NCBI GenBank assembly: GCA_027371725.1
Contig: DAHXMN010000001.1
Span: forward strand, 400 to 64,399
Length of the DNA: 64,000 nucleotides
Reading direction: 5' to 3'
Source: Candidatus Woesearchaeota archaeon
GTDB lineage: Archaea > Nanobdellota > Nanobdellia > Woesearchaeales > UBA525
In this document: in pieces, positions 18,839-27,745 of the stretch
Numbering within the stretch: position 1 is the first letter of the stretch
How the letters are laid out: the number at the start of each line of letters is the position of its first letter
The notes under the pieces: model-generated
Databases searched by the model: none
What the model was told of the DNA's origin: nothing
Seen by the model: only the letters and a program-made list of their open reading frames with translations
Made by a program: the position numbers and the translations under genes

Positions 18839-20533
18839 TCATCTTGTGAGCTTAGCTATGAGATTCACAGAATATAATGCCAGAAGATGACGCAAGGGAA
18901 CGCCCCCTCGGGGAGGTTCTCCGCGATCAAACTGTATGTGATTGCCAAGGGGCAATATCACTGCTCCATATTTTTGTTCGGGGAAGTGTTTGTCGACTAG
19001 AGATTTGACCTTCGACAATGCTTCTCTCGGCGTGAAGTGTTGAGAATCTGGCTTAACCAAACAATATTGTTCCTGAAATTTCATCGCTGTAGGTATTCGT
19101 CCTGAGAATGTCCTCTCTACTTGCACCATAAATTCGTTCAGTTTTTCTTCATCCACATCCTTCAGGACTGCCTTGATTTGACTCTGAGTAGGAAGCGCTT
19201 TTTTCATACTGTCTTTTCCTGTTGCATGATGTATGCTCGCTTCCCATCTTATCTTCTTGTTCTGTTTATTCAGTGAGTTAGTGAGCTCGACTCTATAGTT
19301 CCCTTGCTTCAAGTCGGGTACAATCTCTGCAAATGTTGAGTAGATATCACGATTTCGTGATTTCTTAAGAGATGGCTGCTTTTCTCTGAGATTCGCAATT
19401 AGTTTCTCTTTCTCGGGCCGGTGTATAAATGCCTCTGAAGGTGTTCGTTTTTTATGCTCGATAAGTATTGCTCTGGCAAAAGCAGCCGACATCTTTGGGC
19501 ACACCGCATTTCCGACTAGCCGATACTTAGTCGATTCATTGCTTCCTTGAAAGAGATATGTGAGAGGAAACGACATTAAAGCGGCAACTTCTCGAATAGT
19601 TGGCGATCGATATATTTCTGGATGACCATTACGAAGAATCATTGATTCTCTCGACACTACCGATTTGGTCGCCATTACAGTCCTACTCGGTTTTGATTCG
19701 TCTTCTGGGAAGCTCATCCGACCATAGTATCTTGCTTGAAGCTTCTTGTTTCTTGCGTCTTCCCACTCGAAACGAGGTATCGTGGTGTCATAGAAATGAT
19801 CTGTAATCTGGATATTGGAGATAAGGATGCCGTAATTTGGATCTTTAATCTGCGACGCGGTTGAACGTAGGGCATCGAGCACATGTCCAAGAGTGACCCA
19901 GTCCTCTTGCGTCGGAGTCGTCGGGGTTGGTTTGATGAACTGACCACAAATGAATCGCTCTCTTCGTTGAGGAACTCCGAAGTGAACTGCGTTATGGACA
20001 TTCTCAAGAGATTTATCGATTCTCAAAGCAACGTCATTCTCGCTAAAATCAATTTTTAGGGCGCGAAGAGTCTTGTTGTCCAGCCCTAGCATCTTGAATG
20101 TGTACTCATCTTTGACATAATTGCGAGAATTTGGCACGTTCTCCATCAACCAATACTTCAATCGAGAGCCTTTCTTGTGCTTCTTAAGAGCGACAATCTG
20201 CAGATACTTCTCTATTAGTTGTATGCCAATCGTTTTGTTGGCGTTGCCTGCACGGTTTGATCCTGAAAATGCTACGCAAGGAGGACTGCCGACTATGACA
20301 TCAACATCGGGAATCATATCATGGGCGATGATTTGTTCAGGACTAAGTTCGAGTACGTCTGTGAGAAGTGTTTGCGCTCCCGGATGATTAAGCTTGAATG
20401 TATTTATGGCTGGTTTCCAATAATCCAGACCAAACTTCACTTCGAAGCCCATCTGTCTGAATCCCTCTGAGAAACCGCCCGCCCCGCAGAAGAAGTCGGC
20501 AACCGTCAGTTTATCTTCGGTCCTTTGCACCAT
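18839..20533 (-). CDS. DNA (cytosine-5)-methyltransferase
   Basis: FCGAGG, GSPPC, ENV, PQRRER and VGNAV motifs; C-terminal extension; low GC. Confidence 0.95.
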   Translation of the reverse strand: MVQRTEDKLTVADFFCGAGGFSEGFRQMGFEVKFGLDYWKPAINTFKLNHPGAQTLLTDVLELSPEQIIAHDMIPDVDVIVGSPPCVAFSGSNRAGNANKTIGIQLIEKYLQIVALKKHKKGSRLKYWLMENVPNSRNYVKDEYTFKMLGLDNKTLRALKIDFSENDVALRIDKSLENVHNAVHFGVPQRRERFICGQFIKPTPTTPTQEDWVTLGHVLDALRSTASQIKDPNYGILISNIQITDHFYDTTIPRFEWEDARNKKLQARYYGRMSFPEDESKPSRTVMATKSVVSRESMILRNGHPEIYRSPTIREVAALMSFPLTYLFQGSNESTKYRLVGNAVCPKMSAAFARAILIEHKKRTPSEAFIHRPEKEKLIANLREKQPSLKKSRNRDIYSTFAEIVPDLKQGNYRVELTNSLNKQNKKIRWEASIHHATGKDSMKKALPTQSQIKAVLKDVDEEKLNEFMVQVERTFSGRIPTAMKFQEQYCLVKPDSQHFTPREALSKVKSLVDKHFPEQKYGAVILPLGNHIQFDRGEPPRGGVPLRHLLALYSVNLIAKLTR

Positions 20534-20651
20534 TCTGATCCACTAATTCTTAAACGATCTCCTAATCCCTTTATTTAAATGTTGTCACAGTCGATTCATT
20601 TTTAAAGATGCTGAGAATCAGAAGCCGCATCTGACGCAAGTGTTTGGACGC

Positions 20652-21563
20652 TTATTTCCAGTGCTTTTTGATATAGGCTGTTGCTTCTTTCGTGTTAAGT
20701 TGCTGAGTGGAATTGCCCGTACGTATGAAGAAGTGGGTGGTATCTTTGTTCTCGACATACACTGGTTCGGACGCTTTTTTGACTTGTACTGATGCGACTT
20801 TCTTCCCGTCATAATCTTCAAATGATGTCGAGATAAGCTGTGCATGCTCTTTACCAATATAGTTGCTGACGATTTCCCCTATTTTTAGCTGGAAACCATC
20901 CTCGTTCTGCTTTTTCAAGAGAGAGATGTCCTTTTCCAGTCCCAAGATATTCTTGTCATCATCTATCCCGATTATTAGTCTTCCACCGTCAGCATTCATG
21001 AACCCGGCGATGGTCTTCGCAATGGAGACAATCAAATCCTTGTTCGGTTTGTTTTGTTTATAGTCCCATTCTATAGACGATTTGAATTCGACTGTCTCAT
21101 CCTCGCGTAATGCTTCGAGGCCGGTTTTCTTCTCTCGAATCATTTCTCCTGCGAGTTTTGATGCTTCATTCATCTTTTGTTCCAGAAGAAGCATGAAATT
21201 CTCAGATGTTCTGTACTCCTCGATGAGTAGCTGTAACTCACTCAGGCCAGCTATGGAGTATTCCTCCGCAATCTTCTTGACCTCATTCATGTCCTTAAGG
21301 ATGAGCATATCGCCCGTCTCAGCGACCGCAATTGAGGTAATTAACCAGAGATCCGCGTCAGAAAAACTGTCTGTATTCAGCAAAGGATAGCGTTTGATTT
21401 CTTTTCGTTTCAGTCTCTTCACAAATGCAAGAGACATGCAAAGCATGAAAATGTGCTTTGCTTTCATATTCTGGAAGATGAATCCTTGCTCAAGGTCGTC
21501 GTATATCTTACGAGCGTCCCTGGTTATGTTCAGGTTCCTTCCAAAAAGTTCTCTTAGTTCCAA
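20652..21563 (-). CDS. DndE-like protein fused to a Schlafen/AlbA_2 domain
   Basis: N-terminus like dnd-associated protein 4 (IFMLCM...IAEEYSIAGL); C-terminal EDETVEFKSS, FMNADGG, GIDD, FFIRTGNST. Confidence 0.8.
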   Translation of the reverse strand: MELRELFGRNLNITRDARKIYDDLEQGFIFQNMKAKHIFMLCMSLAFVKRLKRKEIKRYPLLNTDSFSDADLWLITSIAVAETGDMLILKDMNEVKKIAEEYSIAGLSELQLLIEEYRTSENFMLLLEQKMNEASKLAGEMIREKKTGLEALREDETVEFKSSIEWDYKQNKPNKDLIVSIAKTIAGFMNADGGRLIIGIDDDKNILGLEKDISLLKKQNEDGFQLKIGEIVSNYIGKEHAQLISTSFEDYDGKKVASVQVKKASEPVYVENKDTTHFFIRTGNSTQQLNTKEATAYIKKHWK

Positions 21564-23545
21564 CTCCGCACCTCAGTCACACCATGGCTCATCACGAAAC
21601 GAGATTCCTGAGCTATACGCTTAGAAAGCAAGTCTCTGATTGTGGCAGTATATTCCTGATCCTTCATCAGAAGGACAACCTGTGTTCCTTTGAGATAGTC
21701 TGGCAACTTCCGCGCCACATTCTCTCTTTGTTCATTATCTATGTTTGCTAGGGGCGTGTCGATGAATACTGGGAACTTGAATCCGGAGACCTCGCTCAAA
21801 GCAGCAATGAATGACAACAATAGGAGCTGTTTCGGACCACTTGCGAGATTGTGCATCCAGTTTGTTCCTTTGCCGTCGGTAAGTCTGAGGTCATAATCAT
21901 GATTGATTGTGAACTCAGTATATTTCTCTTTGTCCCAATGGAGTGTTTTGAAGTATTCCCATGTCTTCTCTTGCACTTGTTCTCTGACTTCCTGTAGAAT
22001 CTCTACCTCAATTTTATTCAGTGCATTTGATGCGCGATCAATAAACTCAGCGGTGACCTTCTTTCTTTCTCCGCCTTTCTTCTTCACACCTTCTTGATTG
22101 AGACTTTGTCGTAGTTGACTCAGTTGTCCAGTTCGTAGATTTATGGCGGCAGTCAATCTCGAGACGGAAGCTATTTGAGACTCTCTGTTTGTCATAAGAG
22201 ACTCGCGTTGATTTGTCTGTTGAATTATGTCGTCTTCTTTAGTGTCCTTAAGATTCTTTGATATTTCTTGAAGATCTTTATCGTGCTTTTTATTAAGTTC
22301 CACTAGTTTTTCGAGTTTCTTGTTCAGAGTGGCTATCTCGTTGAGTGATTGAGGGATTTCGCGCTCTAGAATATCGGTGATTCTGAATTTACCTTCTGAA
22401 AGCGTGGCCTTGAATTCATTGAAATTATTCTCTCTAATCTTTTCTTTTAAGAGAGTCACACATTCTTGGTCGTGAGTAGTGTTGAGCGTCCTCCCGCAGA
22501 CGCATTTCTTTTGTCGCAACAGTTCTTCAAGATATTTGTTGTCGATATTTGGCTGGAACTTATCCCTCTCTAATTCAGCATTTATTAGATTGATAAAGTT
22601 CTGCAACGCACCAGATGCGATGGCCAGAGGAGCGGATGATATGGCAATCGTTCTCAACTGTTTCTTGATTTGATCTATTTCTTGGTTATTGGAAGCAATC
22701 TTTTCACGGATATCGCGTTCTTGTCTCGCCCATTCTCGTATGAGTGGGATGTTATAGTCAGAGAGGAACTTCTCGATTCTGTCAATCTCCTCCTTTGCTT
22801 TGGCGATTTCTCCTTTTCGAGTTTCAATAGCTTCCGTATTTCTCGCTATATACTCCTCCGCCTCTTCAATCTCATGGTTCAATTTCGCCATTCCTGCATC
22901 GTATTCGTCGTCTTTATCGGAGGTCCATATCTGATCTCGGACTTTCTGGAGATGCTCTATCGCCAGCTTGACCTGTTTGATTTGAGAGGTTCTTTCGATT
23001 GCTTGGCGGATGTTCTCGTTGTTATTGAATGAGAAGTGCTTTTCGAGCTTCTCACCTTCAAACATGAAAAAGAGGTGGATTTCCCTCGGCAATATGCTGT
23101 TTATTACATTAGTAAAATTATACTCGGGAACGGGTCTACAGTCGTTCTTTTCCCATTCCATTATTGAGCCGGTCGGCTCTTTTAAGATGTGCATCTTGTT
23201 ATTGAGCTTCTGGTACATTGCATCCCGTTTAATCACATAAATGGGCAAATCCGTTTCATCGTCGTTCAAGGTGATTTCAACATAGACGCTATCAATCTCC
23301 TTCTCCTTCATATCGTGTTGTCTGGCGACAGTAAATGCGGGCAAAGTGTGGTCATGACCTGAACTGGTCTCCTCACCATACAAACACCAAGCAATAGCTG
23401 AGAGGAAAGTGGTCTTACCAACGTCAGATTTAGCTTCAATCACAGAAAACTTGTTTTTTGCCTCTTTCTTGAACGTTACAACTATTGGCTTCTCCGGATT
23501 GCTGAACGGACGGAAGTTCTTGAGTTTGATTTCAGAGATCCACAT
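21554..23545 (-). CDS. DndD-like SMC/Rad50 coiled-coil ABC ATPase with CxC hook
   Basis: LKNFR, variant Walker A AKSDVGKTT, FMFEGE, CVCG hook, signature LASGPKQ, FIDTP. Confidence 0.88.
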   Translation of the reverse strand: MWISEIKLKNFRPFSNPEKPIVVTFKKEAKNKFSVIEAKSDVGKTTFLSAIAWCLYGEETSSGHDHTLPAFTVARQHDMKEKEIDSVYVEITLNDDETDLPIYVIKRDAMYQKLNNKMHILKEPTGSIMEWEKNDCRPVPEYNFTNVINSILPREIHLFFMFEGEKLEKHFSFNNNENIRQAIERTSQIKQVKLAIEHLQKVRDQIWTSDKDDEYDAGMAKLNHEIEEAEEYIARNTEAIETRKGEIAKAKEEIDRIEKFLSDYNIPLIREWARQERDIREKIASNNQEIDQIKKQLRTIAISSAPLAIASGALQNFINLINAELERDKFQPNIDNKYLEELLRQKKCVCGRTLNTTHDQECVTLLKEKIRENNFNEFKATLSEGKFRITDILEREIPQSLNEIATLNKKLEKLVELNKKHDKDLQEISKNLKDTKEDDIIQQTNQRESLMTNRESQIASVSRLTAAINLRTGQLSQLRQSLNQEGVKKKGGERKKVTAEFIDRASNALNKIEVEILQEVREQVQEKTWEYFKTLHWDKEKYTEFTINHDYDLRLTDGKGTNWMHNLASGPKQLLLLSFIAALSEVSGFKFPVFIDTPLANIDNEQRENVARKLPDYLKGTQVVLLMKDQEYTATIRDLLSKRIAQESRFVMSHGVTEVRSWN

Positions 23546-23732
23546 CTTTGTGCTCCTTCTGGCTGTATCCGTCCGCCCACTGTTTGTAGGAGTCGGTGTA
23601 TCTTCCTTTGGCCGCCGAGAGGTTCTTTAATTCATTCTCAAGAACATCGAGCAGAAACGATTTCAAATGCTCGCTTTCGTCTAATTCGGAGATTTTCCTT
23701 GTGATTATCTTATTCAGTTCTGATCGTCTCAT
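23532..23732 (-). CDS. CxC-ATPase-system-associated small protein
   Basis: 66 aa, overlapping both the helicase and ATPase genes; helical. Confidence 0.7.
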   Translation of the reverse strand: MRRSELNKIITRKISELDESEHLKSFLLDVLENELKNLSAAKGRYTDSYKQWADGYSQKEHKDVDL

Positions 23733-25783
23733 TGTGGTACGCTCAACAGGGCTTGATATTTAGTCAGATTATTCTTTACGGTCAAGGGGTTCCTTGCTGA
23801 CTGCAGGAACTCGTCAACCCTCAATAACTCCCGCCTTAACGCTGAACGCTCTGACTCCGATATTTTTAAAGGTATTCTTTCCCAAGGGAAAACCAAGACG
23901 TCATGTATAATCGAGAACTCTTTTCCCGGCGAGCGTCTCAGTATTCTCCCTCTTCTTTGAATAAACTCTACCGGATTCCCGCTACTCGCCAAAATAATTG
24001 CTCTTTCAATTCCTGGGACGTCGATACCTTCATCTAGGACCTTCATAGCAATCACTGCTTGATATTTGTCCTCCTGGAACAACCTTATGATTTCTTGCCT
24101 ATATTCAAGGCTTTCTTCATGAGTTATCTGATGAGCCCTAATTTTCTTGTCGTGCAGTATCTCCTTGACCCGTTCTATCTGTTTATCGGAACAATAGATT
24201 AGTGTTCGTTTAATATCTGGTATTGAAGAAAGGATTTTCTCAAAAGCAGCCCATTTTGCCTCAGCATTAACGAGTATTCTTGACCGCTCAAGAATCATCA
24301 TGAATATTTTATCGTCGACTTTTCCCTTGTTGGCGTGTATTGCTCGTGCTATCCGAGTTGAAAGCGACTCATATTTTTCTCTTTCTTCATCAGTCAATAT
24401 AGCAATTTCCGCATAATATTCGTATTCGGTCAGAAACTCAGGTATGGCCTGTTTCATGCTGAATTCAAAACATATCCCTTCAAAGTAGTCGAGTAGTTCC
24501 TGTGTCCCTTCGGGGTCCATGTATATCTCTGGTGTGGCGCTCAGACCAAGACGACCGATAAACTCCGGAAGCATCCCTTTCCTTGTCTCAGGTGCCCACG
24601 CGTGATGTACTTCGTCGCAGACCAATAGCTTGGTCTCTTCAGTTTTATTCACGAAATCTATTAAATCCTTCGAACAGAATGAATCATATGTTGCTACAGC
24701 AAAAAGATTCTCGGCTCTTCCTAGACGAAGCTTCAGAATCCCCGTCTTCAAGTCGGCAGCCCACACGGATTTGTTCTGCATGACTGGAATTATGTTTTTG
24801 AAACCTTCCGCCTCTAGGTTTTCTATCCATTGGGAGACGAGTAGCTGTGTTGGTGCAACAATCACTACCAACGACTTAGGATATCTTTTCAGGAAGGCGT
24901 CTATGGCGCGTAGAGCAGTGAATGTCTTTCCCGTTCCAGTCGCCATCTTCAATATGCCCTTAAAATTCTTCGACCAGTTCCTGATGGCCTCTTCTTGGTA
25001 CTCCCTGAGCTCCCTTCTCGAAGGTTCTTTCTGCTCCCGTCTAAATGAGTATCTCCCTTTGTACTCGTCCTTGGCTCTCCTCAGACAGTATTCTGAGAGC
25101 GTGTTGAATTCTTCTTCGGTCTTCGGTGATCGCTGTATTAGTTGTTTTTTGAAAGCATCACTAATCGGATAAACGCGCATATTCCCTGTCAAGTCATTCC
25201 AGAGCTCTTCGAAGTCCTCAAGATCGTGTTTTAGGTGTCGCTCTTTGTCGGATTCCACCCACCCTAGGTAGACGTGGAATTTTTCGTGGTTAAATAACCA
25301 TCCAGATGCGGTCTCGTTATCTGACCCGAAAAACTCAATCATGTTTCCGGAGGAATCTTCAAGAATGCCATATTTCTGGTGTTCTATTCCTTTGTTGCCA
25401 CCAGGAACTGCTATGCGAATTTCCAGACGACCACTTCTTACCATCCATCCAAGCATCTTTAGATGATCTTTCTTTAATTCATCTTCGCTGCAATCAATTT
25501 CGGTGATGATGCTCTTTTCAGCTTCACTGATTGCTCTTGCTATTGTCTCCGCGTCGACTTCACTCAGCTTCACACTCGTAATCAGTTGCATACGACCGCC
25601 ATTCTTGATGAACTCAGCCATCCCTTTTGCTGCTACGGCCAGAGAGCTAGAAGAGAAGAACCCTGAGACGCGCTTGTAGGTTACTGCCCGGGACAAAGCA
25701 GGAATATAGAATGAGTCCAGAACGTCTTCTTTCGCAGAGTCATAGACTCCTTTGCTTTCCAAGCCTAAATCCCTGAGGCTCAT
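23729..25783 (-). CDS. PLD(HKD)-nuclease/SF2 helicase fusion
   Basis: FYIPAL, GFFSSS, HQKYGILED (HxKxxxxD), GSDNET; MATGTGKT, DEVHH, LSATP, QRRGRILR. Confidence 0.9.
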   Translation of the reverse strand: MSLRDLGLESKGVYDSAKEDVLDSFYIPALSRAVTYKRVSGFFSSSSLAVAAKGMAEFIKNGGRMQLITSVKLSEVDAETIARAISEAEKSIITEIDCSEDELKKDHLKMLGWMVRSGRLEIRIAVPGGNKGIEHQKYGILEDSSGNMIEFFGSDNETASGWLFNHEKFHVYLGWVESDKERHLKHDLEDFEELWNDLTGNMRVYPISDAFKKQLIQRSPKTEEEFNTLSEYCLRRAKDEYKGRYSFRREQKEPSRRELREYQEEAIRNWSKNFKGILKMATGTGKTFTALRAIDAFLKRYPKSLVVIVAPTQLLVSQWIENLEAEGFKNIIPVMQNKSVWAADLKTGILKLRLGRAENLFAVATYDSFCSKDLIDFVNKTEETKLLVCDEVHHAWAPETRKGMLPEFIGRLGLSATPEIYMDPEGTQELLDYFEGICFEFSMKQAIPEFLTEYEYYAEIAILTDEEREKYESLSTRIARAIHANKGKVDDKIFMMILERSRILVNAEAKWAAFEKILSSIPDIKRTLIYCSDKQIERVKEILHDKKIRAHQITHEESLEYRQEIIRLFQEDKYQAVIAMKVLDEGIDVPGIERAIILASSGNPVEFIQRRGRILRRSPGKEFSIIHDVLVFPWERIPLKISESERSALRRELLRVDEFLQSARNPLTVKNNLTKYQALLSVPQ

Positions 25784-25805
25784 GCTCGAGCTAATTGATT
25801 CGCTT

Positions 25806-26540
25806 TTAAAAAGGTATCTCGATAAATTCCAGTTTACGCACACGTTCAACAGCAAAATGGGCGTATTTTGCATCGAGTTCGCAACCGAGGAATTGTCTGC
25901 CTGTCTGGCGTGCCGCTACGGCTGTGCTGCCGACCCCCATGAATGGGTCTAAAACCACATCTCCGGGCTTGCTAGAGGCCTCTATGAGGCGTTTAAGCAC
26001 CGCCAGGGGTTTCTGAGTGGGGTGAACTGAGCCGCCTTCTGGGCTGCGGAGTCGTTCTGCCCCGGTCAGGATTGGGGTGATGAAGAGGTTCTTCATGGCC
26101 CCTTGGCTGGGGAAGTTGAAGGTAATCTTGTTGAGCTTGACCTTCTCGTTGACGGCGTAGACGATGTATTCGTTGGCGAAGACCCAGTTGGTCTTGCTCA
26201 GGCGGGGTGGCGGGTTGGTCTTGCTCCAAACGAGGAGGTTGCGGAAGAACCAGGCCTCCTGGAAGATGCGCATGTAGATGGGGATTTGTTCGGTGCTGCA
26301 GAACACGTAGATCTGCCCGGTCGGCTTCAGGACGCGCTTGAGCTCCTTCATGACCGGGACGGGGTCGAAGCCATAGTCCCAGTCGCCGAAGTCCTTCCGG
26401 ATATGCCGTCCATCGTAGACGAGGTTTTGTTTTCTGGAGATGTTGTAGGGTGGGTCGGTCACGACGAGATCGACGCTGTTGTCAGGCAGTTCTTTGAGAT
26501 ATTCGAGGCAATCCATGCAGGCGATGGTGTTCAGTTTCAT
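25806..26540 (-). CDS. DNA N6-adenine/N4-cytosine methyltransferase, beta class (backbone gene)
   Basis: DPPY, HPTQKP and DPFMGVGST motifs. Confidence 0.95.
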   Translation of the reverse strand: MKLNTIACMDCLEYLKELPDNSVDLVVTDPPYNISRKQNLVYDGRHIRKDFGDWDYGFDPVPVMKELKRVLKPTGQIYVFCSTEQIPIYMRIFQEAWFFRNLLVWSKTNPPPRLSKTNWVFANEYIVYAVNEKVKLNKITFNFPSQGAMKNLFITPILTGAERLRSPEGGSVHPTQKPLAVLKRLIEASSKPGDVVLDPFMGVGSTAVAARQTGRQFLGCELDAKYAHFAVERVRKLEFIEIPF

Positions 26541-26604
26541 GCCCTGTAACGGGTTGCACTTTCAGAAATTCGGGACTCGGAAAATGTACATCAAAAAAGA
26601 AGTT

Positions 26605-26736
26605 TTAGTCACGGCCCTCATTAGCACCATCTTCGAACCCGTCCTGGTAGAGCTTGTTTAGGACGGTGTCGAGCTCTTCCTTCGTCTTGGCCGTCTTGAC
26701 CGCTTTCCGATACCCCTGTAAGTACTTGTCCGCCAT
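26605..26736 (-). CDS. 43-aa conserved backbone protein
   Basis: MADKYLQGYRKAVKTAKTKEELDTVLNKLYQDGFEDG; near-identical copy at 33222-33353 with mostly synonymous changes. Confidence 0.8.
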   Translation of the reverse strand: MADKYLQGYRKAVKTAKTKEELDTVLNKLYQDGFEDGANEGRD

Positions 26737-26748
26737 GTCATTCACCCC

Positions 26749-26877
26749 CTATTCTCGCAATAGATCGTCGAAATCGACGTAGTCATGCGGGTTCTCCACG
26801 TTCCGGAACTGGCGCAGCCGATCATCCCGGAAGAACCGCTTCCCTTTCATTTCCACTATTGGTAGTTGGGTTACCAT
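26749..26877 (-). CDS. 42-aa conserved backbone protein
   Basis: MVTQLPIVEMKGKRFFRDDRLRQFRNVENPHDYVDF; GGAGG SD; copy at 33367-33495. Confidence 0.8.
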   Translation of the reverse strand: MVTQLPIVEMKGKRFFRDDRLRQFRNVENPHDYVDFDDLLRE

Positions 26878-27005
26878 AGGTTATCGCCTCCTTAGAAAGC
26901 CCGAGCCTGAACGAGGCGATTATTCTGTCTCGGAGAATGTATGACATCTGAAGCCACTGGTCAACCGCGCGCAGCGCATTTAAGCCGATCTCACCTTCTT
27001 CGTGA

Positions 27006-27551
27006 GTGGCGCTTCACATCCTCAAGGGCAACGGGAGGGCGCTCGATCACGACGTCGTCCGGTTCGCGTTAGCGTACACGCCATGCCTCCTCGTAGATTG
27101 TGCAGACGCGGCCGACCCATACCAACACCCAGACACAGATGTTGCGACGTTCCTTGCAGTTCATGTGGTTCAGGCGGAACTCCTGTACCGGCTCCGAGAC
27201 ATCCTCCGCGCCCTGCCGCAGACCGTGCGGCGGCTCGGCGTCAAACGTGTCGTCATCACGCAATTCACGCGCCTTTTCCATTATCACGATGAGGCGGAGA
27301 ACGCGGATATTTACGAGGAAGTGTGGCGGCGGATCGGCGAAGCTGCAAAGGAGCTCGACGTCGTTGTCGGCGTTCCGGAGGGATCAGTCCATGAGGCGTA
27401 TGCGGAACGCCTCGGAGGGTTAAGATGGGACACACGGTCAGCAGCCAACGACACGTCACCGACGTCCTCCTCGAAGAGTTCAAGGCCTATGGGAGCAGCT
27501 TGCGACAGGATGAGCGCGTCATGTATGAGCGTCTTGTCAAGCAGGCGTTGA
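27006..27551 (+). CDS. Inactive RadA/RecA-like protein (PolB2-associated)
   Basis: LVDCADAADPY motif, no Walker A; first gene of the PolB2 operon. Confidence 0.65.
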   Translation: MALHILKGNGRALDHDVVRFALAYTPCLLVDCADAADPYQHPDTDVATFLAVHVVQAELLYRLRDILRALPQTVRRLGVKRVVITQFTRLFHYHDEAENADIYEEVWRRIGEAAKELDVVVGVPEGSVHEAYAERLGGLRWDTRSAANDTSPTSSSKSSRPMGAACDRMSASCMSVLSSRR

Positions 27552-27745
27552 AACACGTGGGGAGCGTCACGTACACGAGCAGCACCGAAGCATGGGCGTT
27601 CGTCCTCCTCAGCATGATGCTCGAACAAGAAAAACGGATTAGCGCCTTGGAGGGACAGAATGAAAGCGTGGTTCATGGACGCGTACCGACACCAGAGCAA
27701 CCTCATCCTCTGGTTCAAGACGCCGGACGAGAACATACGACTTGA
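27425..27745 (+). CDS. arCOG07300-like PolB2-associated small protein
   Basis: MGHTVSSQR...EFKAYGSSLRQDER...A.KH pattern (MGRT family). Confidence 0.75.
   Translation: MGHTVSSQRHVTDVLLEEFKAYGSSLRQDERVMYERLVKQALKHVGSVTYTSSTEAWAFVLLSMMLEQEKRISALEGQNESVVHGRVPTPEQPHPLVQDAGREHTT

Noticed and set aside
21554..23545. DNA phosphorothioation (Dnd) system
   Set aside because: No DndA/IscS, DndC or DndB in the element; the modifying enzyme present is a C5 methyltransferase.
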